A DNA stretch of 15,635 nt from the NCBI GenBank assembly GCA_028276785.1, contig JAPYVP010000011.1:1-15635 (forward strand), written 5' to 3'. Below, piece by piece: positions 8,189 to 15,266 of this stretch; the stretch's first letter is position 1; each line of letters opens with the position of its first letter. Below the pieces are notes generated by a model. The model ran no database searches and was not told the DNA's origin. It worked only from the letters and a program-made list of their open reading frames with translations. The translations under genes and the position numbers were made by a program. Source of the stretch: Candidatus Nanopusillus sp. (GTDB taxonomy: Archaea > Nanobdellota > Nanobdellia > Nanobdellales > Nanobdellaceae).

Positions 8189-8395
8189 ATGAAAAAAATA
8201 AGAGTATTTATTGAGAGATATCATACTGAAAATAATATCGAATTTAATGGAAATACCATAAAAGATTTATTAAATATGTTAAATTTAGATTCTTCAAGAT
8301 TTATTGTTGTAAAAAATGGGGAAATTGTAACAGAAGATGATATAATAAATGATGGGGATTATATAAAAATACTAGATGCAGTTTCTGGAGGATAA
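8189..8395 (+). CDS. ThiS/MoaD-family ubiquitin-like small protein (SAMP-like) ending in Gly-Gly
   Basis: 68-aa ORF. The C-terminus VVKNGEIV...INDGDYIKILDAVSGG-stop matches the beta-grasp ThiS/MoaD pattern (vNGe.v ... l.dGD.i.il..vsGG). Confidence 0.7.
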   Translation: MKKIRVFIERYHTENNIEFNGNTIKDLLNMLNLDSSRFIVVKNGEIVTEDDIINDGDYIKILDAVSGG

Positions 8396-9344
8396 ACTTA
8401 TAATAAACAATAAGGTTTTTTATTATATGTATGATCCTTATTTCATAGATTACTATTCTATAACAAAAAAATACGAATCTCTAGAAGAATTAGATCATAA
8501 TAAAATATTAATATCTGGAATGGGTGGATCTGGAATCTTTGGAGATTATGCAAAACAAATATTAAATGATAAAGAAATAATTGTTTGTAAAGATTATTTT
8601 TTACCAAAGTTTATTGATAAAGATTGGTTAACAATATTTATTTCATATTCTGGAGATACTGAAGAAACACTAAATTGTATGAATGAAGCAATAAACAATG
8701 GAAATAAAATTATAGCAATTTCTTCTGGAGGAGAAATGGAGAAAATAGCTAAAGAAAAAAATTTATATTATATAAAAATTGATAATAACTATCCAGCAAC
8801 AAGATATACATTTCCAATAATTTTAGGAATAATTTTATCAATATTAGATAAGAAAAAATATTATGAACTATTAGAAATTTTAAAAAATTATAGAGAAAGA
8901 TTGAAAGATTTGTCAATATTTGTAAATGATATAAAAAATCCAATAATGATTTATACAGATGTTAAACATGAACCTGTTGCTCTAGCATTAAAAATGCATT
9001 TAAATGAGGATGCGAAATGGTTTTCTGAATATGGAATAATTTCGGAATATAATCATCATGATTTGGAAGGTATATCAAAATTAAATATAGATTTCATTTT
9101 ATTGAAATTTAATTATTATGAAAGAATTGAATATAGAATGAATTACATGAAAGATTTATTAGAAATGTATGGAAACAATGTTCTTGTATTCGATTTAAGA
9201 TATAGAAATTTAATGGAAGAATTGGTTTTAGGTACATTGTCATTAAGAACTTTTACATTAAAATTGGCAGAGAAGAATAATGTAAATCCCTATCATAGTA
9301 GAAACATTGCTGGATTGAAAGCATTTTTAAAAAATATAAGATAA
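8376..9344 (+). CDS. Bifunctional phosphoglucose/phosphomannose isomerase (SIS domain, archaeal PGI/PMI type)
   Basis: 322-aa ORF with ISGMGGSGIFGDY, KDYFLP, SYSGDTEETL, NEDAK and EYNHHDLEG, as in crenarchaeal-type PGI/PMI. The ATG at 8376 overlaps the ThiS-like gene by 20 nt. An alternative ATG lies at 8427. Confidence 0.75.
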   Translation: MQFLEDKLIINNKVFYYMYDPYFIDYYSITKKYESLEELDHNKILISGMGGSGIFGDYAKQILNDKEIIVCKDYFLPKFIDKDWLTIFISYSGDTEETLNCMNEAINNGNKIIAISSGGEMEKIAKEKNLYYIKIDNNYPATRYTFPIILGIILSILDKKKYYELLEILKNYRERLKDLSIFVNDIKNPIMIYTDVKHEPVALALKMHLNEDAKWFSEYGIISEYNHHDLEGISKLNIDFILLKFNYYERIEYRMNYMKDLLEMYGNNVLVFDLRYRNLMEELVLGTLSLRTFTLKLAEKNNVNPYHSRNIAGLKAFLKNIR

Positions 9345-9489
9345 AAATTTATTTTTAAATTGAACTTAAAATCTTTAATCAAAATTATTGTTATTTACTT
9401 TAGTAATACTTCTTTCTTATTTATTTACAACTTTATATAACATTTCTTAATCATAAAAAGTTTAAGTATATTAATACCATTAAAAAAAT

Positions 9490-10076
9490 ATGAAAATAGA
9501 AATAGATGGTAAATTAATACAAATAATAGATGGATCAAATGATAATGTTAATGATTATATAAAATTCATGAATAAACTCTCTCAAGATCCAGACAATTAC
9601 ACATTAAGTAGATATAGCAAAATAGATGAACAAAAGGTTATTGAATGGTCAAAATCTTGGGGGAAAAATATTACTATGATTTTAGCATACTATGATTCTA
9701 TGGTCGTAGGATTTTTCAAGCATCACGTAGTAAATATTTTGGTCTTGATAGACAATTTCATGTTGCAGAAATAGCTTATGCAGTTGATAAAGAATTTGGG
9801 GGTAAAGGATTAATATACATTCTATTTAGCGAAGCAATAAGAAGGCTTAAAAACATTAAAATACTTACCGCATGGGTAGATGAAAGGAATTTAAGATCTA
9901 GGAAACTTTTAATAAAGTTAGGATTTGAAAAAGCTTGTAAAATTAATGAATTTATATATTCTGAGACAGAGAAAATATTTTGCAATTTAATAATGTATGT
10001 TGGATATATAAATATAGTCAAGACTAAATTAAAAGAAGAATTAATAAAGAAAAATTATAACATATATGAAGAATAA
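9490..10076 (+). pseudogene. GNAT-family N-acetyltransferase interrupted by a frameshift at a T5 run
   Basis: Frame A (9490-9774) encodes the N-terminal part up to ...YYDSMVVGFF. The -1 frame continues QASRSKYFGLDRQFHVAEIAYAVDKEFGGKGLIYILFSEAIRRLK...KLGFE, which is GNAT motif A/B, up to TAA 10074-10076. One extra T in the run 9712-9716 would restore a single ORF of ~195 aa. Confidence 0.7.
10010..10050 (+). repeat. Direct repeat copy A (3' end of the GNAT gene)
   Basis: Three collinear identical blocks recur at 10368-10415: AAATATAGTCAA (10010-10021), AAATTAAAAGA (10026-10036) and AGAATTAATAAAGA (10037-10050). Confidence 0.6.
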
Positions 10077-10367
10077 TCTTATATAAAAGTTTTGAAAATG
10101 ATATTTAATGAATAAAAATCTGTTTAATGTCTTAACATATAGATTTAAATATTTATCATTTAAATTTTAATTCAGAAATAATTAAAAATTTCTATAAGGA
10201 ATTTTTAATTATTATTATTAAGATTCTTCTTTAATCCAAGTATATTCTTCTATCTTAGTATAGTTCATAATCCTGCAGTTACTTAGATAATATATTGTAT
10301 ACTTTTGAATGCCTACATACTTACATATAGAATATACATAGAAATTTAATTTAAGAATTGATCATAC

Positions 10368-10415
10368 AAATATAGTCAAAAAATTAAAAGATATCAAATC
10401 AAGAATTAATAAAGA
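10368..10415 (+). repeat. Direct repeat copy B (degenerate duplicate of the GNAT 3' end in noncoding DNA)
   Basis: The same blocks occur at 10368-10379, 10381-10391 and 10402-10415. The local frame reads ..NIVKKLKDIKSRINKD-stop, against the GNAT C-terminus ..NIVKTKLKEELIKKNY.., and is preceded by a stop codon. Confidence 0.6.
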
Positions 10416-10478
10416 TTAAGTTGAAGTATATATCTAAATTTTTCCAAAAGCTGATACTTTCTTATAATATCTAAGCAT

Positions 10479-10486
10479 TTTTAAAA
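10479..10486 (+). promoter_or_regulatory. TATA box for the HExxH orphan gene
   Basis: TTTTAAAA is centred ~27 nt upstream of ATG 10510, the same spacing as at other genes. Confidence 0.45.
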
Positions 10487-10509
10487 TTTACTATTACTAC
10501 TAGATAAAT

Positions 10510-11433
10510 ATGACCAGCCTATATAAAGAATATAGAATGTCGGAATTAATAAAAAGTGAAATAAATAAATATGACCTTTCTATAAGACCTAATTCTTTTT
10601 TAGACATATTCTTAAAGACTTCTGAAAAAAGCAGTGAAATAGATTTACCAGTATATATATTTAATCGCTCTTTAGTAAAAGAAGTTGTAGAATGTGCTTC
10701 AACTAATGAATATGATAAAATAAATTATTCTAAACTAATCGATTGTATTAATAAACATGGCCCTGAATTACCTATACCCATTAAAGACCATATTAGATTA
10801 GGTATTCTTATTACACTACACCGTATACCTTCAGAAAGAAGACTCTCATTAGATAAGATCATAGAATCACGTACAGAACAAGTTCCTACAGGGTACTTAA
10901 GCAGACAACCATTAGCAGTGACAATAATAAAAGACGAAGACCTTGACAAATCTGGAGCTTTGCTTCCAACAGCTATACATGAATTGGTACATTCAAAGGA
11001 ATTAGAAGAATCATATATTGGACCACGTATAGAGACACAAATAGATATATATGATATAATTGATAATTATATAAAGCCGCATAATCCTTTCTATAGCATC
11101 TATAGAGGTAGAGAACTTTCAAAAAGAGAAACAATAACAGAACTAACAATGATACACGTATTAGAAGATGCGGGTGTGGGACATGTATCCCTAAACAGAA
11201 AAGTATTTATAAGAATGAAACTTCATCGAATTGGAAAAATAAAAAATGAGATAGGAATTCAATATATTATAAGAGAATCGCATTTGCTTTCTTATTTGGC
11301 AGCATATGAGATGTACGAATTAGCACATACAGATAAAAACATGAAAGAAATATTAAAAATTATTAGCGAAATTATAGATGAAGAATTGAAATCATATGTC
11401 GAAAGAGAATTGAAGAAAATAAGCTCAAAATAA
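10510..11433 (+). CDS. Hypothetical protein with an HExxH motif (possible zinc metallopeptidase-like)
   Basis: 307-aa ORF with ATG start and TAA stop. It contains LLPTAIHELVHS, with no recognisable third ligand motif or family. A hand-counted sample at 10801-11100 gives ~34% GC, against ~25% in a leuS sample and ~18% in the next orphan. Confidence 0.4.
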   Translation: MTSLYKEYRMSELIKSEINKYDLSIRPNSFLDIFLKTSEKSSEIDLPVYIFNRSLVKEVVECASTNEYDKINYSKLIDCINKHGPELPIPIKDHIRLGILITLHRIPSERRLSLDKIIESRTEQVPTGYLSRQPLAVTIIKDEDLDKSGALLPTAIHELVHSKELEESYIGPRIETQIDIYDIIDNYIKPHNPFYSIYRGRELSKRETITELTMIHVLEDAGVGHVSLNRKVFIRMKLHRIGKIKNEIGIQYIIRESHLLSYLAAYEMYELAHTDKNMKEILKIISEIIDEELKSYVERELKKISSK

Positions 11434-11689
11434 AGACTTTTATAAAATTATAATAATCTTATTTAATAAAGATGTTTTGTAAATATTTTTAGAAGAATTT
11501 ATGATAAAGCAAATGTTTATAGCATAAACTAATAAGAATTCGATTAAAAAGAAAAATTTAGAACATTAATTATATTCTGTATAATTTTTATTTAAAGATT
11601 TTAATTTTTTAGATAATAGTAAGTATATTATTGTAGCAAAAATTAACGACCAATATAAATATATTCATAGTAACATTACTGTTCTCAAT

Positions 11690-11709
11690 TCGATTTATTT
11701 TTAAATCGA
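11690..11709. other. Perfect 8-bp inverted repeat with a 4-nt T loop (TCGATTTA-TTTT-TAAATCGA) in a long spacer
   Basis: Read directly from the sequence. It lies ~140 nt upstream of the next gene start. Its function, whether operator, terminator or nothing, is unknown. Confidence 0.4.
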
Positions 11710-11820
11710 TATTCTAGAGTTTTTCAATCACGTATAATAATTCATTATTATAAACATTTTTATTAATAATAAACATATCTTCGCAGAAAAAGTTAACATA
11801 AATTTAAAATATATTAAAAG

Positions 11821-11828
11821 TTTAAAAT
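11821..11828 (+). promoter_or_regulatory. TATA box for the 288-aa coiled-coil orphan
   Basis: TTTAAAAT is centred ~27 nt upstream of ATG 11852. Confidence 0.45.
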
Positions 11829-11851
11829 CCTTTTTTATATAGATTTCCATA

Positions 11852-12718
11852 ATGACTACTAAGTTAGAAGAGATAATTGAATCATTAAATCTTAAGTTAC
11901 AAAGGGGAATAATTAATGAAGATGATATTAAAGTTTTAAGGAGACTTGCCATCCAATATGGAGATTACGTAAATAAAATAGAAAACATACGCCTTTTCGT
12001 TATTGGATTGATTACATTAAGAAAAATTGGATATGATGAAAAAGATATATCTATAATATTACTAAACATAATTTCTAAATTTGGAGTAAACAAAATTGAT
12101 AAATTATTATTTGAAGTTTCTGCCCATATTTATGAAAGATACTATAAAAAACTTGAAGAAGATCTTAAACAAAAATTAGAACTTTTAAAAAAAATACCTA
12201 AATCTTCTCCAAATATTGATAATATATTAAATAAATTGAATAAATTAAAAGTTCTCTTAAATGATGATGATAAAGAATATATTGAAATAAAAAATTCAAT
12301 AGAAAATGTTAAAAAATGCGATATGCCATCATTAAACCATATATATGATACAATACAAAATCCAAGAAGCAATCGTTATTTAGAAAGAATAGAAAATATC
12401 AAAAAACAAATTTATTGTACAGTAAAAAATTTAGAATATATAAAAGATAATCTAGAAAATATTGAAAAAGATTTAAGATATGATAAAAAATTAAAGGAAA
12501 TATTAAATATAAAAAAAGAGTTAGATGTTTACTCTAATAGATTATTAGATATCTTAAATTTATTAGATGTCTATAAACAATCTTATATCAAATTTAAAGA
12601 AGGATATTTGCCAAAATTATTATTTGAAGGATTACATTATATAAAAGAATATGGAAATATTAATTTAAATAAGGGTAATATAAATAAAAATTATGAACAA
12701 AATATCCTTTACAATTAA
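11852..12718 (+). CDS. Hypothetical K/N/I/E-rich coiled-coil protein
   Basis: 288-aa ORF with ATG start and TAA stop. It has an internal repeated motif, KLLFEVSAHIYERYY (aa 84-98) and KLLFEGLHYIKEYG (aa 255-268). An LRKIGYDEKDISII motif sits at aa 56-69. A sample at 12001-12300 gives ~18% GC. No recognisable family. Confidence 0.5.
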   Translation: MTTKLEEIIESLNLKLQRGIINEDDIKVLRRLAIQYGDYVNKIENIRLFVIGLITLRKIGYDEKDISIILLNIISKFGVNKIDKLLFEVSAHIYERYYKKLEEDLKQKLELLKKIPKSSPNIDNILNKLNKLKVLLNDDDKEYIEIKNSIENVKKCDMPSLNHIYDTIQNPRSNRYLERIENIKKQIYCTVKNLEYIKDNLENIEKDLRYDKKLKEILNIKKELDVYSNRLLDILNLLDVYKQSYIKFKEGYLPKLLFEGLHYIKEYGNINLNKGNINKNYEQNILYN

Positions 12719-12742
12719 AAATTTATTGTTTTACCCAAATTT

Positions 12743-13807
12743 TTAGAATGTTATTAGTGGTATTCTCTGTTCATCTTCAGTTAATCCACCATGTGCACTC
12801 TTAAATTCACTTTCTGGTTTGTCATCAAATCCCAATCTTATTCTCATTTCTTCCCCTTTTTTAGGTACAATTAAATAATCCGGCATTATTTTTTTATTTC
12901 CCTTACCTCCCAATAACTTAAATGCTTCTTCTTTGTAAAAAACAAAATAATCTTCTTCAGGAAATATTTTATTAATATCTTCTAATTCTCCATCAATCAT
13001 TATAGCCCTTCTATCTCCATAAATTCTTTCTACATTTGGATTATTTTGTAATTCTTCTAATAATCTCATTTTATTAACTTTTGTTTGTCCATGATCTGCA
13101 GATATTATTATATCAAAAACATCTTTTTCTTTTATATATTCTATTAGTTCAAAAAGATGTTTTAGAGCCAATAATATTGATGGTTGATCTATACCATATT
13201 GATGGGATAGATCGTCTATATCCATTAAGTACCATATAATGAAATCATATTTTCTATTTTCTAAAATTAATTCTACTGCATCAAACCAATTTAAATAATA
13301 TTTTATATCACTATCTTTATATAAAATCTTTGTTAAAGCTGTATTTTCTAGAGAATTATGTATTATAGATAAGGATTTTAATTCCTTTTTCTTTAATTTT
13401 GTAAATATCGTATCAAAATTATAAACAAATGTTATATCAACTATTGGGGCAGATCTTGTAGGATATACATAATAATATGGAAACCATAATAATGTACCAG
13501 ATAATTTTGTAGTTTTTGTTCTAATGAATATCATATGTTCAGACGGTCTTAAACCAAAAAAGAATGAAGGTAATGCTGTAGTAGTTGATGATGGTAATAC
13601 AGAAGTCATTTCATGATATTTTAAATTTAAATTTAATTTATTTAGTAAATTTATTCCTAAACTATCTACAAAAATAAATAATAATTTATTTCTCTTATTT
13701 TCTAACTTTATTTTTCCTCTTTCCCTATTTTTTATTCCAAAATAATCTAATATTGCATAATGCAAATTATATATACTATTTTCATAATCTGGAAATATAT
13801 ATTCCAT
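12743..13807 (-). CDS. Alkaline-phosphatase-superfamily phosphoesterase (short PglZ-like / type I phosphodiesterase-like)
   Basis: 354-aa ORF with the AlkP-fold metal and nucleophile motifs in order: FIFVDSLG, LPSSTTTALPSFFFG, DIDDLSHQYG, ISADHGQT and SAHGGLTEDEQRIPL. The last resembles the PglZ-type HGG.S..E..vP ending. Confidence 0.6.
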   Translation of the reverse strand: MEYIFPDYENSIYNLHYAILDYFGIKNRERGKIKLENKRNKLLFIFVDSLGINLLNKLNLNLKYHEMTSVLPSSTTTALPSFFFGLRPSEHMIFIRTKTTKLSGTLLWFPYYYVYPTRSAPIVDITFVYNFDTIFTKLKKKELKSLSIIHNSLENTALTKILYKDSDIKYYLNWFDAVELILENRKYDFIIWYLMDIDDLSHQYGIDQPSILLALKHLFELIEYIKEKDVFDIIISADHGQTKVNKMRLLEELQNNPNVERIYGDRRAIMIDGELEDINKIFPEEDYFVFYKEEAFKLLGGKGNKKIMPDYLIVPKKGEEMRIRLGFDDKPESEFKSAHGGLTEDEQRIPLITF

Positions 13808-13829
13808 TCCAATATTAACACTGTAATAA

Positions 13830-13837
13830 TTTAAAAT
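13830..13837 (-). promoter_or_regulatory. TATA box for the AlkP/PglZ-like gene
   Basis: The plus strand reads TTTAAAAT (minus strand ATTTTAAA), centred ~27 nt upstream of the ATG at 13807. Confidence 0.4.
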
Positions 13838-13855
13838 TTTATTCCTTAAATAATG

Positions 13856-13863
13856 TTTTTAAG
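13856..13863 (+). promoter_or_regulatory. TATA box for the 104-aa ORF
   Basis: TTTTTAAG is centred ~28 nt upstream of ATG 13888. Confidence 0.4.
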
Positions 13864-13887
13864 CTTATCTAATAAGATACTTATTAT

Positions 13888-14202
13888 ATGGTTGGGGTAT
13901 CAAATACCAAATATAACAATACGAATCTTTTAATCGAAATTCAAGCTAAACTATATTATGATAAGTTGAAGGATTTTGGATATTCTGAAGAACAGATAGC
14001 ATCAGTTATACAAAGATTGCGTTCTGAAGATCCTAACCATTATCCATACTTACTTGGAGCACTTGTATACTTTATACAAATCAATCTATATCAAAAAATG
14101 GATGTACCTACAATTAGAAAAACACTAGAAGGCTTAACAAACTCTTTATTTTCTTCCATTCATGATAGGTTGGAGTATATACTTAATAAAGCTTTAAATT
14201 GA
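13888..14202 (+). CDS. Hypothetical protein; possibly the N-terminal part of a longer gene interrupted by TGA
   Basis: 104-aa ORF with ATG start and a rare TGA stop. It contains LKDFGYSEEQIASVIQRL, a helix-hairpin or HTH-like motif. The downstream ORF is in the same frame. Confidence 0.5.
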   Translation: MVGVSNTKYNNTNLLIEIQAKLYYDKLKDFGYSEEQIASVIQRLRSEDPNHYPYLLGALVYFIQINLYQKMDVPTIRKTLEGLTNSLFSSIHDRLEYILNKALN

Positions 14203-14295
14203 GAGTACTATTTTTTACTCGGACATGGTGTTTCTGATGAAAAATTTTACTACCCAGAATTTCGCAGTTTACATGGAAGTGTATATAAATTACCT

Positions 14296-14871
14296 TTGCC
14301 ATCTGAAGTCTTAGAACTTCTTCTTAAATATTTATCTAAAGAATTTTCTGATATTAAAGAACCATCTGAGAAAGTTATAATTAAATATCTTAAAGGCCAT
14401 TTAAGGAAAAAAATAAGAGAATTAAAAAGATATGAAGAGGAAAATTTACCTAAATTATTAGAGGAAGGTGTTAAAAGGATCGTAGAAACTTATAGAATAT
14501 TAAAGCCAATAATAGAACGTTATTCAACATACGCAGAAGATATTGAAACTAGTGTTAGAAAATCTTTAGATGATCTTGAAAATGAAGATGAAAAAATACG
14601 TTCACCACATGATTATCACTTTAAACTACATATGATTAATAAAAAATTGCATTATGCAGCAAAAATGAGTATGTATATCGAAGATATTCTTAAGATGTTA
14701 TATCTAATAGGAATTAATAGAGTTTCTATAGATAAAATTATGGATTTGCTAAATAGATCTGAAGATCCTCTATCAAATTTAAAAGAAACCTATAATTTGT
14801 TGCTATCTGAGCAATGGAATCTCTTTAAATGTGAAATCATGAAAAAAGATTGGTGTACTAAAAGACAATAA
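14296..14871 (+). CDS. Hypothetical charged helical protein; start uncertain, with the frame open from 14203
   Basis: The ORF track starts at TTG 14296. The first ATG is codon 113 (14632). No TATA lies ~27 nt upstream of 14296. It contains ENLPKLLEEGVKRIVETY, similar to the repeated motif of the 288-aa orphan. Confidence 0.45.
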   Translation: MPSEVLELLLKYLSKEFSDIKEPSEKVIIKYLKGHLRKKIRELKRYEEENLPKLLEEGVKRIVETYRILKPIIERYSTYAEDIETSVRKSLDDLENEDEKIRSPHDYHFKLHMINKKLHYAAKMSMYIEDILKMLYLIGINRVSIDKIMDLLNRSEDPLSNLKETYNLLLSEQWNLFKCEIMKKDWCTKRQ

Positions 14872-14921
14872 AAAATTTCTTATCTTTTAATTAAATTTTT
14901 TAAATATTTGTAGGCTAAAAC

Positions 14922-15266
14922 TTAATATTCTTCATATTTATCGATAAATTTTGAATACCAATTATTATATTCTTCTACTGATATTATATGTAATTCTATA
15001 GGATCTTCTATACCCAATTCACTATATATTTTCGCAGCAATTTCTGCTCTTTCAAAATTATCCTTAATATCTGGTAATATTATTAATACATCTATATCAC
15101 TATCAATTCTATAATTTCCTCTAACAATTGATCCAAATAATATCACTCTACAGTTTTTATCTATTTTATTAACACAAATTTCCTTAATTCTTTTAACATA
15201 TTCTCTTGCATTTTTTAATATTTTAATTCTTTCTTCCCACTTATTTTTAAAGTATTCCAAGTACAT
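14922..15266 (-). CDS. Minimal nucleotidyltransferase (MNT, Pol-beta superfamily), antitoxin-like partner of HEPN
   Basis: 114-aa ORF with the signature RVILFGSIVRGNYRIDSDIDVLI (G-S ... D-x-D). Its start overlaps the upstream HEPN gene by 20 nt. Confidence 0.85.
   Translation of the reverse strand: MYLEYFKNKWEERIKILKNAREYVKRIKEICVNKIDKNCRVILFGSIVRGNYRIDSDIDVLIILPDIKDNFERAEIAAKIYSELGIEDPIELHIISVEEYNNWYSKFIDKYEEY

Noticed and set aside
8749-8943. 64-aa minus-strand ORF antisense to the PGI/PMI gene
   Set aside because: It is nested antisense within a well-supported gene, and its sequence is low-complexity.
9776-10021. 81-aa minus-strand ORF
   Set aside because: The plus strand here encodes the clearly recognisable C-terminal half of the GNAT acetyltransferase (motif A, FGGKG...), so the minus ORF is an antisense artefact.
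10725-10949. 74-aa minus-strand ORF inside the HExxH gene; similarly 11728-11952 and 12142-12372
   Set aside because: These are nested or overlapping antisense to longer ORFs that have proper TATA-to-ATG spacing, and they have no motifs. ORF 11728-11952 would also run through the promoter and start of the 288-aa gene.
11545-11572. Possible third degenerate copy of the GNAT-tail repeat (AAGAATTCGATTAAAAAGAAAAATTT)
   Set aside because: Only 7-8-nt A/T-rich blocks match. That cannot be told apart from chance in DNA of this composition without statistics.
10077-11851. CRISPR array or structured ncRNA in the two long spacers
   Set aside because: No regularly spaced direct repeats of 24-40 nt were seen. 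There are also no GC-rich patches of the kind that mark the tRNAs, which would be expected for a stable structured RNA in this organism. Only one short 8-bp hairpin is present.
14200-14202. Selenocysteine decoding of the in-frame TGA
   Set aside because: No GC-rich SECIS-like hairpin is evident in the 3' region (14872-14921). The local protein context has no redox-type Cys/Sec motif. The other TGA (5396-5398) is followed after one sense codon by a second TGA in frame and behaves as a true stop.
14234-14305. Possible C/D-box sRNA, with CTGATGA at 14234-14240 and CTGA at 14302-14305
   Set aside because: No acceptable internal D' or C' boxes occur at the expected ~12-nt guide spacing. There is no terminal stem, and the interval is longer than typical archaeal C/D sRNAs. 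The boxes are probably chance matches inside an open reading frame.
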